A stretch of 64,000 nucleotides of DNA from an uncultured Bacteroidia bacterium (GTDB taxonomy: Bacteria; Bacteroidota; Bacteroidia; Bacteroidales; Prolixibacteraceae), in NCBI GenBank assembly GCA_903897145.1, contig CAIUAN010000018.1, forward strand, positions 50,889-114,888, written 5' to 3'. Made by a program: the position numbers and the translations under genes. The notes below the pieces were generated by a model. That model was not told where the DNA came from. It did not search any database and saw nothing but the letters and a program-made list of their open reading frames with translations. Shown in pieces: positions 32,729 to 43,296 of the stretch. Numbering within the stretch: position 1 is the stretch's first letter; each line of letters starts with the position of its first letter.

Positions 32729-34132
32729 TTATTTTCTTTGGTATGTTGTGGTGGACACGGCACCCGAAACATCGGTAAGTTTATAAGTATATTTATTTGA
32801 GGCATCCCAGTTATACTCCACATATCCAAATTTAGATCCAATCTGATAAGTCAGTTTATAGGCATTTGTTCCCGTTGAAGCGAAAGCTGTGATAACTGCT
32901 CCGCTTAATGGAGTAGTGGCTGGACGCAATGGAGAAGCAAAGGCTTGTGGGATGATTTGATTCTCTGGAGCCGTGGTGGTCGGGTCGAGAGTTACTTTCC
33001 CTTTCATGGATCCAACAACATAGGGGTAATTGGTTGTCCCATGATAATGATAGACGCCATTTGAAATTACATGTCCATGACATACATCTAACTCTTTCAT
33101 AATTGACCCGTCCGGTTCTTTGCTGCCGAAGACTGGAAATCCGTCAAGTGCAAATGCAATGGGCAATTCTCCTGACGTTGAGGAGAGATGGAGGGGTGCA
33201 GCATGATAATGATAGTCATCGGCTCGCCCGCAATGTCCACCCCAGGTGTCCAATTCCCCAATTAAATAGGAGTCCACACCTCGATTGTTCAAGGCATTAA
33301 AGATTGGAATTCCATTTACTGCAATGGCTACGGCACCCTTCATAAGGTTTGTTGTGGTGGGTAATGGAGTCTCAGCATAGACAGGTTGAAGCGGAATAGA
33401 CCAACTGTTCGTTCCGGTATACGATTGCGGGATAGGGACTTGTTGCTGCCAGCTTGTAATTCCGACCATCATGCCATGGGTCGGCACTCCGTTCGAGGAG
33501 ACATAGTAATAGGTATTGTCTGAACTTGTTGTTACTGTGGCCTTAAAAGGGGCAAAGGCTGAATCTATAAAGGTTGTCGAGGTTTTGGGTATTGTTGATG
33601 GGATTGTTTCGACGACACTCTCCGTACTTTTTTTACAGGCAAATCCTAAAACAAGCAATATTGAAAAACTGCAGGTTGCGAAGACCCATTTAGTCAGACC
33701 ATTCCTAAATCGTTTTAGGATAACCAAACTTTCTTTGGCAATTAGCAGGGTTAATATGAAAAGTGCGATCGAAATCCAAAGAAATCTGTAGTTGGTGCGG
33801 TGATGTGGAATAGTATAATCTGGATAGATATGGACTGGATCGTTGAAGGTTTTAAAATGCTCGATTCTAGCAGTTGCAGTTTGTTTGTCTGGATCCTTAA
33901 GGCTCTCTAATTCAATTTTCAATAGCTTACCCTCTTCTTGTTCTAATTCGATAAATCGACTATTTCCCGTGTGATAGTTGCCTGATATTAGGGTTCCATT
34001 TTTTAAATGCCATTGGGAGAATATAGTGCCATCTCCTTTGTGAAAATGACCTCCTTGATGCGCAGAAGTAAGGCCTGCACTAAAAACAATTAAGAAAATT
34101 AAGATGGCTGTAAATTTTGATGATCTTTTCAT
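32729..34132 (-). CDS. YHYH domain-containing membrane-anchored protein
   Basis: Two YHYH motifs (DDYHYHAAP, GVYHYHGTTNYPY). There is an N-terminal His-rich exported module (HQGGHFHKGD) followed by two hydrophobic segments. Confidence 0.6.
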   Translation of the reverse strand: MKRSSKFTAILIFLIVFSAGLTSAHQGGHFHKGDGTIFSQWHLKNGTLISGNYHTGNSRFIELEQEEGKLLKIELESLKDPDKQTATARIEHFKTFNDPVHIYPDYTIPHHRTNYRFLWISIALFILTLLIAKESLVILKRFRNGLTKWVFATCSFSILLVLGFACKKSTESVVETIPSTIPKTSTTFIDSAFAPFKATVTTSSDNTYYYVSSNGVPTHGMMVGITSWQQQVPIPQSYTGTNSWSIPLQPVYAETPLPTTTNLMKGAVAIAVNGIPIFNALNNRGVDSYLIGELDTWGGHCGRADDYHYHAAPLHLSSTSGELPIAFALDGFPVFGSKEPDGSIMKELDVCHGHVISNGVYHYHGTTNYPYVVGSMKGKVTLDPTTTAPENQIIPQAFASPLRPATTPLSGAVITAFASTGTNAYKLTYQIGSKFGYVEYNWDASNKYTYKLTDVSGAVSTTTYQRK

Positions 34133-34394
34133 GGCGAGGCATTTTGGGTTTGTATCTTAGTTTACCTTAAGTTGTTGGTTATACTTAGAAATAAGAACAA
34201 TATATAATGTTCATTTCATTTAACGCTTTTAACATATCTATAACCCAAAACTAAGTAGCTAAGGGTTAATTAGATTATTGAATAAGTAGAAAGGTAAATA
34301 TGTTCAGTGAATACCTAATTTTAATAAATAGGACCTATTTATCAAGTAGGGTATCTCTTAAGAAATGGGAGTAAATATTTTTTAAAGGATGTAC

Positions 34395-35390
34395 TTAACC
34401 CTTTTTTAGAGCTTCTTTTAAAATCGAAAATGATTTTAGTTTTGCGTCGAAATCGTAAATGTGACTAGTGGCCATCAATTCATCGATGCCGGTATCGGCA
34501 ATAAAAGTCCTAAGATTTTTTCGAAGGGTTGAGACGCTTCCTTTGAAGGTGCAAGCAAGCATTGAGTTAACGTATGTTTTCACGTCAGGCATATAATAGC
34601 TGGTAGGGAGGTCTCCAGGTGGCATTAGAGGCTTTCTCTCGTTGGTGATGATCCCTATAAACAAGCGGATCAGACTCGTGGCTAGAAATTCGGCTTCTTC
34701 GTCGGTGTCTGCCCCAAAGATATTGACGCAAGCCATAACGTATGGTTTTTTAAGGACCTTAGATGGTTTAAAGTTATTTCGATAAATGTCAATGGCCGCC
34801 CGAAATTGTTGAGGGGCAAAATGGGCTGCAAAAGCATACGGTAATCCAAATTCTGCAGCTAAATAGGCACTGTCGGTACTCGAGCCCAAGATCCAAATTG
34901 GAATTTCAAGTCCCTCTCCTGGAAAAGCACGCACCTTGGCAGATTCATTATCTGAACTAAAATAGGCTTGAAGCTGCTTCACATCCTGTGGAAAGTTCAT
35001 GGAGGTCTCCATGTTGTCACGTCGAAGAGCTCGAGCTGTAAGCTGATCGGTTCCTGGAGCCCGTCCTAAACCAAGATCTATTCTGCCCGGATAAATAGTT
35101 TCTAGGGTTCCAAACTGTTCGGCAATAACTAATGGACTATGGTTCGGGAGCATAATGCCACCTGATCCAACTCTGATCTTATTTGTTTGACCGGCCACAT
35201 GACCAATTATTACAGAAGTAGCAGAACTAGCAATGTGTTGAATATTATGGTGTTCAGCCATCCAGATTCGTTGGAATCCTAAGGTCTCCGCATGCTGAGC
35301 GACTTTCACGGTATTGCTAATTGCTGACCTAGAATTACCACCAGCTATCACTGTTGCTAATTCTAGAACGGAAAGAGGAATGCTACTCAT
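34395..35390 (-). CDS. LLM-class flavin-dependent oxidoreductase (luciferase-like, YhbW-type)
   Basis: [23 protein letters not shown] and [10 protein letters not shown] motifs. Confidence 0.85.
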   Translation of the reverse strand: MSSIPLSVLELATVIAGGNSRSAISNTVKVAQHAETLGFQRIWMAEHHNIQHIASSATSVIIGHVAGQTNKIRVGSGGIMLPNHSPLVIAEQFGTLETIYPGRIDLGLGRAPGTDQLTARALRRDNMETSMNFPQDVKQLQAYFSSDNESAKVRAFPGEGLEIPIWILGSSTDSAYLAAEFGLPYAFAAHFAPQQFRAAIDIYRNNFKPSKVLKKPYVMACVNIFGADTDEEAEFLATSLIRLFIGIITNERKPLMPPGDLPTSYYMPDVKTYVNSMLACTFKGSVSTLRKNLRTFIADTGIDELMATSHIYDFDAKLKSFSILKEALKKG

Positions 35391-35530
35391 TAATTGCTGA
35401 TTTGAGATTGGATTAAAGACCCTAAAGATAAAGATAATTCAATCCGAAATAGTTAAGCCTTGGCTTCGTTTTAAATCCTAGGTTTTTGAAGTGATTGTGC
35501 TTTATTTAAGCTTTGCCAAATACAACTAAG

Positions 35531-37420
35531 CTAATACTTATCAAAGTATTTATGGATAAGCGAGTAGAGTGTCTCTTTTTGAATTGGTTTGAGTAGGTAG
35601 TCGTTGCAACCTGCTTCGATTGATTTTTCTACATCTCCGGTTAACCCATGCGCTGTTTGTGAGATGATGATTACCTCCGCGTTAAACTTCCTGATCTCCC
35701 TCGTTGCTGCATACCCATCCAATTCGGGAAGTCCAATGTCCATTAAAATGAGATCAATATCTGGATGATTTCGACATGACTCAATAGCCTGAAATCCAGT
35801 TCTGGCAACCAAGGTCTCAAAACTGAAAGGTCTAACTAGAATGGTTAATAGTTTTTCGGAGGTATCATTGTCCTCTACGATTAGGATTTTTAAATTTGAT
35901 ATTTTATAACCATTATCTTCTAATGGAATTTTGGCATTAAATTTCGAGTCTGCGATAGTTTCTTTCATGTCTTTTAAGGTAAAATAAAACTGTGATCCTT
36001 TTCCTGGTTCACTCTTGACCCACATTCTTCCTCCAAGTAGCTCAACAAACCCTTTAGCAATCGATAAGCCTATTCCTGCACCTTGCCTTGCCATTTTATT
36101 TTCTAAATCGGCTTGAACGAAATGTTCAAATATGGCCTCATGTCGTTCCTTAGGAATTCCAATGCCCGTGTCTTTTACGTAAAATTCGAGGTTCTCTTCC
36201 CATTTCCTACATCCTAATTCAATGGTTCCATGGTCTGTAAATTTAAATGCATTGTTCAGCAGGCAAATTGTTATGGCTAAAAATTTCTTGCTGTCAGTTC
36301 GAATATTACAATCTTCAACATCTGAAATATTGCAGGATAAAATGAGTTCTAGACCTTTCTTATCTGCATCTTCCTTGAAGAAATGATAGAGGTAGTTTAA
36401 TCGCTCTTGAATGTTGACTTTGGTTATCGAGATTCGGCTTGAGCCAGAGGCAATTTTTGAGAGGTCTAGAATATTATTGATGATATTAAGAAGCCTCAAA
36501 CTACTTTTTGAAATTATTTCAAGATAGGATTGTTGCTTTGTTTTATCTAATTTCTGGTATTTAAGTAAATCAATAAACCCAAGTATCCCGTTCATGGGCG
36601 TACGAATTTCATGCGAAATATTGGCTAGGAAAATGGACTTTAGCCGATCGCTTTGTTCCGTTGTTTCTTTTGCAATTGCTAATTCTTTCACTTTTTCGAC
36701 TAAAAGCAGTTCTCCTGCCAGCTGTTCTTCTATTTTTTTTCGAATTAACTGATAGGCAAATAAGGAGATTAAGATGACAAGTAGGATTAAACTTGTGGAG
36801 GTAATCAAAACAATGTAGCCTGTTTTGATGTATTTCTGTGACAAACGCATATTCCTCTCTTGAATAGCGACTATGAATTGGTCAATAGGTTCCATGATTC
36901 TGCGCTTTGAATCCAAATAGTGTTTATCAAATAGGATTTTTTGTGCATATATTGGATCGGGCTCACCTTTGCTAATTTGGTGCCCTAGGGTGTCGAGGTA
37001 TTTGCCTTTAATGGCTTCAAAGGCAATGTTCTCTGTGAGTACAAGTCGATTTGATTGAAATTCAGAGGTGTGCAGTAAGCTTAATTCTTTATTCGTTAGA
37101 CCAAGCTTTTCCATCGAATCTTTTAGCGCAATGGTTCGTCCATCAGGGCGAGAAAGTTTACCATTTCTAATATCAAGCAGCTTTCTGTATTTTGTTTCCC
37201 AGGTTGAATCGCCTGTCATGACATACATCCTGCAATATAAGGTTAGATTGTCAGAGCTTTGTCTTAATTCATCGGCAATAACATACGATTTATATCTAAT
37301 TTCTTGGTTGTGTAGTATTTTTATACGGTTACCAATAACCCATAGCATGGTAAAAAACAAGATCACCATAATGCCGATTATGAACCCAAATAGGAATATG
37401 AATGTCCTTCTTATATTCAT
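35531..37420 (-). CDS. Hybrid sensor histidine kinase/response regulator
   Basis: Two TM segments flank a sensor region. HisKA H-box (SHEIRTPMNGI), HATPase N/G boxes (DTGIGI, GAGIGLS) and a C-terminal REC domain (DIGLPELDG) follow. Confidence 0.85.
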   Translation of the reverse strand: MNIRRTFIFLFGFIIGIMVILFFTMLWVIGNRIKILHNQEIRYKSYVIADELRQSSDNLTLYCRMYVMTGDSTWETKYRKLLDIRNGKLSRPDGRTIALKDSMEKLGLTNKELSLLHTSEFQSNRLVLTENIAFEAIKGKYLDTLGHQISKGEPDPIYAQKILFDKHYLDSKRRIMEPIDQFIVAIQERNMRLSQKYIKTGYIVLITSTSLILLVILISLFAYQLIRKKIEEQLAGELLLVEKVKELAIAKETTEQSDRLKSIFLANISHEIRTPMNGILGFIDLLKYQKLDKTKQQSYLEIISKSSLRLLNIINNILDLSKIASGSSRISITKVNIQERLNYLYHFFKEDADKKGLELILSCNISDVEDCNIRTDSKKFLAITICLLNNAFKFTDHGTIELGCRKWEENLEFYVKDTGIGIPKERHEAIFEHFVQADLENKMARQGAGIGLSIAKGFVELLGGRMWVKSEPGKGSQFYFTLKDMKETIADSKFNAKIPLEDNGYKISNLKILIVEDNDTSEKLLTILVRPFSFETLVARTGFQAIESCRNHPDIDLILMDIGLPELDGYAATREIRKFNAEVIIISQTAHGLTGDVEKSIEAGCNDYLLKPIQKETLYSLIHKYFDKY

Positions 37421-37627
37421 GTTCTGCCAGTATTAAGTAGCACTTGAAAGGAGTGGGTTGTTGCCTAGTAGAAGTTGTTCTTGCAACGTGTTTCCAGTCA
37501 GTTAAATATACGAAATAATAGCGTCTATGTCATGATATTTGAATTTTACTTTGCAAAAGACAAACCTTGAAGGCCTAGATTAGTGATAAATACACGAATG
37601 TAGGTAATGCAAAATGACCTGAGAAAT

Positions 37628-39622
37628 TTAATGCAGTAGATTTGATGGTTGTAGAATCTCCCTTTTATTCCTTTCTGATTCCCATTCTAATTTCAGTCCA
37701 TCACCGCCACCTGCTTGAAAAAATTCGATTTCAAGAGGGTGAAGACCTTTTTCCAAAACGACATCGATCGATTTAGCCTCCAGTCCATGTAAGCCATCAT
37801 TTGAAAGTGTTCTTCCTGAAATAATCAACTTCGATCCGTCATTCGAGCTAAGTATAAGTTTATACACCTTAGTCGCAGGAACATTAAGAAAACCTTTAAA
37901 GGTTATGGCATAGTCGTTATTCCGCTTTTTTACACTTAAGTCTAGATCTGGAGTTGTTCCTGATTTGATGGGTTTTAGAGTTTTAAAATCTGGCAGTTGA
38001 CCCCAAACTCCTTCGTAATAGCAATATGTCAATCCAGACTTAGAACTTTGAATCTTAGTACTGGCGATTGGACTCTCCTTGATTAGTGTCTTTTCAGTCA
38101 GTCCACTTACGGCTTTCCCGTTTTTAAAGCAGAGTGTTTTAATCGTAAATGTTGAGGGAGAGCTAAAGGATATTTGTCCTTTGGCAATGGCCGATTTATT
38201 TGTTGGTATTGAACCATCCGTGGTGTAATGAATACTCGCTTCTGGGATATCGGAGGTTATTTCAAATGTAGCTAGATCATTGAAAATGGCATAATTTGCC
38301 TTTATCTTAGGTCCATTATAAACCAGAACCTGTTCGCTAGTTTCTAACACGATCGTTGTTGCAAATAGTTGTTTGATGTTTTCTGGAAGATAAACATTTA
38401 GGTAATTGACAGCTAATTCAGTCTTAAACATGATCGCCTTATCTTTTAATAAATAAGCAGCATCAATTTTGCTTGCTAAGCCTGGTATTTGAAGGATTCC
38501 GTCTTTCGGAAAATCGAAAATATGAAGATAGATCAGATTTTTATCTCCAACTTTTCTAACGGTACAACGGCCCCAATCTAAATTACGAAATGGACTTGCC
38601 GTGGTGCCATAGATCCCATCTCCATTTGACTTCATCCAGGTTCCAACCTCTTTAAGTCTTTCGATAGATGGGGTAGGGATTAAGCCCTTTGAAGTTGGAC
38701 CGACATTCAGAAGATAATTTCCCCCTTTAGAGGCGATGTCAATAAGATTGCGGATTAAGGACTCTGGCGATTTCCAGTTGTGGTCGTTGGCGCCGAATCC
38801 CCAGGTGGTATTCATGGTCATGCACGACTCCCAGTTTTTGCCTGGAAAGCCTGTGGCAGGGATAAACTGCTCTGGGGTCTCTAAATCCCCAGCTATCCCT
38901 TCGCAAAGTCGATTATTGACAATTAGATTTGGATAGAGTGCTAAGGTCGGAGCAAATTTTGCCGCACGGGCTAAGGTCATTTCACAAGGGGTATCCCACC
39001 AGAGTATTTCAGGTTTGTAGCTAGCTAAGATCTCTTTTATTTGAGGGACTGCTACTTTATCGAGGTAGTCGTCGAAACTGCCCTCCTGCGCTTTGTCCCA
39101 GTGGCCTGCGCAAGCAATTCCTCCCGGGTGATTCCAGTCTTGTGCCTGTGAATAATAGAGTCCGAAATGCATTCCTTGCTTCTTGCAAGCTTCAGAAAGA
39201 GCTTTTACAATATCTCGTTTATAAGGAGTGGCATCCACGACATTAAAGGGGTCAGACGATTTAAACATGGCAAAACCTTCATGATGCTTAGAGGTTAGTA
39301 CCATATATTTCATCCCAGCATCTTTGGCAATCCGGACAAACTCATCGGCATTAAACTGAGTTGGATTAAATTGCGCAGCAAGGGCTTTATAGTCAGCAAC
39401 GGGGATCTTCATATAAGTTTGAATCCACTCAGTTGTCTCTCCAATCTTGGTCTTTGTCCCTTTCCATTCGCCCGCTGGGATACTATAGAGTCCCCAGTGA
39501 ATAAACATCCCAAACTTGGCATCTTTCCACCATTTCATCTTATCCTGAGCTGGTGTTGCGCTATAGGTTATGCTATTTATTAGAACAATAACTAATAGGA
39601 CGAGGCTAATTCTTCGTTTCAT
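37628..39622 (-). CDS. Alpha-L-fucosidase (GH29) with C-terminal carbohydrate-binding/PA14-like modules
   Basis: WWKDAKFGMFIHWGLYS and HHEGF GH29 motifs. The C-terminal ~250 aa have PA14-like features (GGGDGLKLEWE). Confidence 0.85.
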   Translation of the reverse strand: MKRRISLVLLVIVLINSITYSATPAQDKMKWWKDAKFGMFIHWGLYSIPAGEWKGTKTKIGETTEWIQTYMKIPVADYKALAAQFNPTQFNADEFVRIAKDAGMKYMVLTSKHHEGFAMFKSSDPFNVVDATPYKRDIVKALSEACKKQGMHFGLYYSQAQDWNHPGGIACAGHWDKAQEGSFDDYLDKVAVPQIKEILASYKPEILWWDTPCEMTLARAAKFAPTLALYPNLIVNNRLCEGIAGDLETPEQFIPATGFPGKNWESCMTMNTTWGFGANDHNWKSPESLIRNLIDIASKGGNYLLNVGPTSKGLIPTPSIERLKEVGTWMKSNGDGIYGTTASPFRNLDWGRCTVRKVGDKNLIYLHIFDFPKDGILQIPGLASKIDAAYLLKDKAIMFKTELAVNYLNVYLPENIKQLFATTIVLETSEQVLVYNGPKIKANYAIFNDLATFEITSDIPEASIHYTTDGSIPTNKSAIAKGQISFSSPSTFTIKTLCFKNGKAVSGLTEKTLIKESPIASTKIQSSKSGLTYCYYEGVWGQLPDFKTLKPIKSGTTPDLDLSVKKRNNDYAITFKGFLNVPATKVYKLILSSNDGSKLIISGRTLSNDGLHGLEAKSIDVVLEKGLHPLEIEFFQAGGGDGLKLEWESERNKREILQPSNLLH

Positions 39623-39677
39623 AAGTGTGTTTTATGAGGTTTTCCAGTTGTCTGATTTTTGGGGAAAGTAATCAATT

Positions 39678-40727
39678 TTAGGCTTTTATCGCCCATCGTA
39701 ATTTTGCTGAACGCGCACGGGGATTTGTGCTACACTCTTCCACCGTTGGTCGAATAGGGTCTGGTGCCACTTCCAGATATATCCCCTCTCTGAATAATCG
39801 TTGAAATGATTTTTTCACACGTCGGTCTTCGCCCGAATGAAAAGAGAGAATGGCTACTCGTCCGCCTGAGATCAATGCATCAGGTAAGTTTTCAAGAAGT
39901 TGGTCCAAGGCGCCAAACTCATTGTTGACCTCGATGCGTAACGCTTGAAAACACCGTTGGCATGCCTTTTTAACCTCTTCTTTGTGCGTCTCCTCCGGAA
40001 GGAAATCAAGCGCTTCAGCAATGATTTCTTTCAGATGTATGGTTGTGTTTACGGGTATCTTCTTTATTAATTTAGCCAGAATAGCTGTGGCGATAGGCTC
40101 GTGATAAGGTTCGTCAGAATTTAAGACCAATAGTTCTTCTAGCTCTCTCTGGTTAAGGGTTTCTAAAAGTTCTGCAGCCGATAGTCCCACTTGAGGATTC
40201 AGTCTCAGATCTAATGGTCCTTCAAACTTAAAGGAAAACCCGCGTGCCGGATTGTCGATCTGCATCGAGGAGACACCCAGGTCGGCAAGGACAAAATTTA
40301 ACGGTCCGGCTTCAGCCGTGATCTGATTAATCTGCGAAAAGTTTAGCTGTTTTGTAATCAGTATGTCTGATCCATAGCCAAATGAGGCTAGTCGTTCTTT
40401 TGTTCGCGGCAGCTCAAAGGGATCAACATCCGTCGCATAAAGTTTTCCGCCAGGAGTTAATTTCTTCAGTATCTCTAGGCTATGACCTCCATAACCCAAT
40501 GTGGCATCCAGTCCAGTCTGGCCAGGTGTTACCTGCAGAAATTCCATAATCTCGTTCACACAAATCGAACGGTGCATTCCGGCTGGCGTACGCCCTTGTT
40601 GCATCACTTTGGCGATGTCGTCGGCGTACTGCTCAGGTTTAAGTTCCTTATATTTCTCTTGAAATATTTTGGGATGCGTCCCTTTGTAACGAATCCGACG
40701 AAGTGGTTTTGGTCCTAGCTCATCCAT
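39678..40727 (-). CDS. RsmH-family (16S rRNA m4C1402-type) SAM-dependent methyltransferase paralogue
   Basis: DATLGYGGHS, DLGVSSMQIDNPARGFSF and SFHSGEDRRVK motifs. It has a ~55-aa N-terminal extension and no mraZ/ftsL neighbours. Confidence 0.75.
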   Translation of the reverse strand: MDELGPKPLRRIRYKGTHPKIFQEKYKELKPEQYADDIAKVMQQGRTPAGMHRSICVNEIMEFLQVTPGQTGLDATLGYGGHSLEILKKLTPGGKLYATDVDPFELPRTKERLASFGYGSDILITKQLNFSQINQITAEAGPLNFVLADLGVSSMQIDNPARGFSFKFEGPLDLRLNPQVGLSAAELLETLNQRELEELLVLNSDEPYHEPIATAILAKLIKKIPVNTTIHLKEIIAEALDFLPEETHKEEVKKACQRCFQALRIEVNNEFGALDQLLENLPDALISGGRVAILSFHSGEDRRVKKSFQRLFREGIYLEVAPDPIRPTVEECSTNPRARSAKLRWAIKA

Positions 40728-40818
40728 AGCTGCAAAATTAATAATTTGCTGAACCTTAAGATCGGAAACGGTTTTAATTAAAAGTTTATTCTAATTCGTT
40801 GGCTCAAAATTTATTGCC

Positions 40819-41796
40819 TTATTTGAGTTTAAGAGGATGTTTTAGTTTAACAGGCTGACTCCAGGAGTTCTTCCCATCAAATATGGAAGTGATTAAATAG
40901 GTAATTCTATTGTTTTCGATTAATAGTTGAGGTCGTTCACGTCTGTTGCAATGGAGGATTTCGCCGTTCGTAAGTTCAATGTCATGATTATAAGCGATCA
41001 CGGGCTCCTCTTTTGCCCAGGCACTAACGCCATCTTTTGAGGTTAGGTGAACTCCATATCTTACATGACCACTAACTTGACCAACATTATCTTCACAAAT
41101 CAGATGGGTTTGGTTGTTGAAACTAAAAAGGTAGAAATCCTCTAGCGGTGCATCAGGCCAGCAGTTGTCATTTAAAAGTTTGTATGGCCCTTGAAAGTTT
41201 TTTGATTGTGCTAGATGTACTTTTAATTTTGAGTCGCGGTACATCAGTTTTACTCCCTCTTTTTCAACCAATAGAGCGGGGTTATTCGATTCTGTTTCGA
41301 TCAATGGCTCGTCGGAACGTTTCCATGGACCAGCAATAGATTTTGATTTTGCATATCCTACCCTTCGCAAGAGTGCTTTGGAGTTATTCTGTAATGTTGA
41401 GAAATCACTTCCAATATAAAACAGCACATACTCATGCCCAATTTTATGGATGGTCGGGTTATGAGCCATATTGGAATCCCAAAATTTAGACTCTCGTTCG
41501 CCAATGACCACTTCCTCAAATTTCCAAGGTCCAGAGGGTGATTTTGAAGAGGCACGCACGATTTCAGAGTTTGTCCGGTAGCCCTCTGGGAACTTACCTG
41601 TCTTAGGCCACCTCGAGGCAAAGAGATGATACGTAGATCCAACTTTTATCGCCGATCCGCACCAGACCCAATACCCCTCCATTTGAAATCCGCTGTTAGG
41701 TGCGGTTTTTTCAAATTCAAATTTTAAAGTTTGGGATTTTAAACTTGTGATAAATAAGATGGCTAATAGGCCTAAAATTACTACTGTTTTGGCCAT
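40819..41796 (-). CDS. Secreted beta-propeller glycoside-hydrolase-like protein (GH43/GH117-like)
   Basis: Signal peptide plus repeated W/aromatic blades (WVWCGSAIKVGSTYHLF, WDSNMAHNPTIHKIGHEYVLFY). The family assignment is tentative. Confidence 0.4.
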   Translation of the reverse strand: MAKTVVILGLLAILFITSLKSQTLKFEFEKTAPNSGFQMEGYWVWCGSAIKVGSTYHLFASRWPKTGKFPEGYRTNSEIVRASSKSPSGPWKFEEVVIGERESKFWDSNMAHNPTIHKIGHEYVLFYIGSDFSTLQNNSKALLRRVGYAKSKSIAGPWKRSDEPLIETESNNPALLVEKEGVKLMYRDSKLKVHLAQSKNFQGPYKLLNDNCWPDAPLEDFYLFSFNNQTHLICEDNVGQVSGHVRYGVHLTSKDGVSAWAKEEPVIAYNHDIELTNGEILHCNRRERPQLLIENNRITYLITSIFDGKNSWSQPVKLKHPLKLK

Positions 41797-41832
41797 GGAG
41801 TTAATTGATTTTCTTATCAGTTATATTAGCTT

Positions 41833-42651
41833 TTAAAACAATCGATATATTATTTTTTCTTGTGCCTTAAATGGGCGGAGATAGACTGTGTCTCTATTTG
41901 TATTGAGCATCCAAAGTTTGATGTCGTCTAGTTGTTCTGTGGTATATTGCGACTTATGACAATACATGGCGGCGATCGATTTTTCTGTATCCTCGGGAGT
42001 GCATTTGATCCGAACAGTGAGATACTCTTTCTTCACCGTATTCCAATTTTCTACAATCTTGCGCACTTGTGTTTTGAAGTTAGGGGTCTGTTTCCAGTTT
42101 TCGGTGGGAATGCCAGAATAATATAGTTGGTTGGGTTTTGAGAGCTGACCTGATTGCACAAGTTCGGTCACGATATCATGCACGATACGATGATCCATAT
42201 GGCCATAGCCACCATCCGGTCCCCAGGTGATCACAATGTCGGGGTTGTAGGTGCGAAACAAACTATCTAGCTTCTCATGCAGCGGTCTTCCTGTGAAAGT
42301 TTTGGAAAGTGATCCGTCACCTAAACCTAGCAGAATAGGCGGTTTTATCCCAAGATGCTCACAGGCACAAGCTGCCTCTTCTGCCCGTGTAAGTGCTAAT
42401 GGTTCGCCTGGCGGAATATTGGCATGTTTGGCTACCCCCAGTTCCCCTTTGGTGGCAAAAACTAAATAGACATTATGTCCTTCACGTGCATATTTTGCTA
42501 ATAATGGGGTCACATTAGTCCCAGCCTCATCGTCGGGATGGGCAAACACTGCCATGATGATTTTTTTCTTGCTTTGCTCTTTTGGAACGGCATGAGCGCC
42601 AAATGAGATTAGGAATATTAAGCTCGAGAAGATTAAATTTCTAACAATCAT
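41833..42651 (-). CDS. PIG-L/LmbE family deacetylase, secreted
   Basis: AHPDDE motif and a GYGHMDH zinc site. Confidence 0.8.
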   Translation of the reverse strand: MIVRNLIFSSLIFLISFGAHAVPKEQSKKKIIMAVFAHPDDEAGTNVTPLLAKYAREGHNVYLVFATKGELGVAKHANIPPGEPLALTRAEEAACACEHLGIKPPILLGLGDGSLSKTFTGRPLHEKLDSLFRTYNPDIVITWGPDGGYGHMDHRIVHDIVTELVQSGQLSKPNQLYYSGIPTENWKQTPNFKTQVRKIVENWNTVKKEYLTVRIKCTPEDTEKSIAAMYCHKSQYTTEQLDDIKLWMLNTNRDTVYLRPFKAQEKIIYRLF

Positions 42652-42860
42652 AGAGTAAGGATTTAAAGTTTTAGTCGGTTGTTTGATCGTTATCTTATTT
42701 TACGAAGATGGTTATTTTTTTTTTATTGTTCAAATAGACTCGCTGTAAAACAGCAGTTTGATACATCTTTTGCTTCAGAATTGGCTTCAAAAATGGCTGG
42801 GTAATTCTTTCTGAATTTGTTGATATTGGTCCCTGCAAAATAACTTAACATTGTTATCAC

Positions 42861-42868
42861 TACCTTTG
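42861..42868 (+). promoter_or_regulatory. Bacteroidota-type -7 promoter box (TACCTTTG)
   Basis: Exact match to TAnnTTTG, 35 nt upstream of the phnA ATG. Confidence 0.35.
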
Positions 42869-42903
42869 CCGAAGAATTTACTGTAATGATTAAAAACTAA
42901 AAT

Positions 42904-43254
42904 ATGAGTACTGAAAATAATTGTCCATCCTGCAAATCTGAGAATACCTACCAAGATGGAAGTTTATGGGTTTGCCCCGACTGTAATGAGGAGTGGGATC
43001 CGTCGGAGTTGGCTAGCGATGCGGAAACATTAAGCGATGTTGCGTTGGATGCTAACGGCAATGTCCTAAATAGTGGTGATTCAGTTACTGTTATCAAGGA
43101 TCTGAAGGTTAAAGGCTCTACCTCAGGTGTGAAATCTGGAACCAAAGTAAAGGGTATTCGAATTATTGAAAGCAACGATGGTCATAATATCTCTTGCAAG
43201 ATTGATGGTATCGGTGCGATGTATTTAAAGTCGGAATTTGTTAGGAAAATCTAG
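42904..43254 (+). CDS. phnA: PhnA/YjdM zinc-ribbon protein
   Basis: N-terminal CPxC...CPxC ribbon and a C-terminal [14 protein letters not shown]...LKSEFVRK PhnA domain. Confidence 0.85.
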   Translation: MSTENNCPSCKSENTYQDGSLWVCPDCNEEWDPSELASDAETLSDVALDANGNVLNSGDSVTVIKDLKVKGSTSGVKSGTKVKGIRIIESNDGHNISCKIDGIGAMYLKSEFVRKI

Positions 43255-43296
43255 CTGGTTGTCTGAATTAATCTGTTCCCCGCTAGGGAATACTTT

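Noticed and set aside
42715-42724. T10 homopolymer about 65 nt upstream of the PIG-L deacetylase gene
   Set aside because: It could in principle be a slipped-strand switch. However, it is not positioned between recognisable promoter boxes, and there is no second copy or population data.
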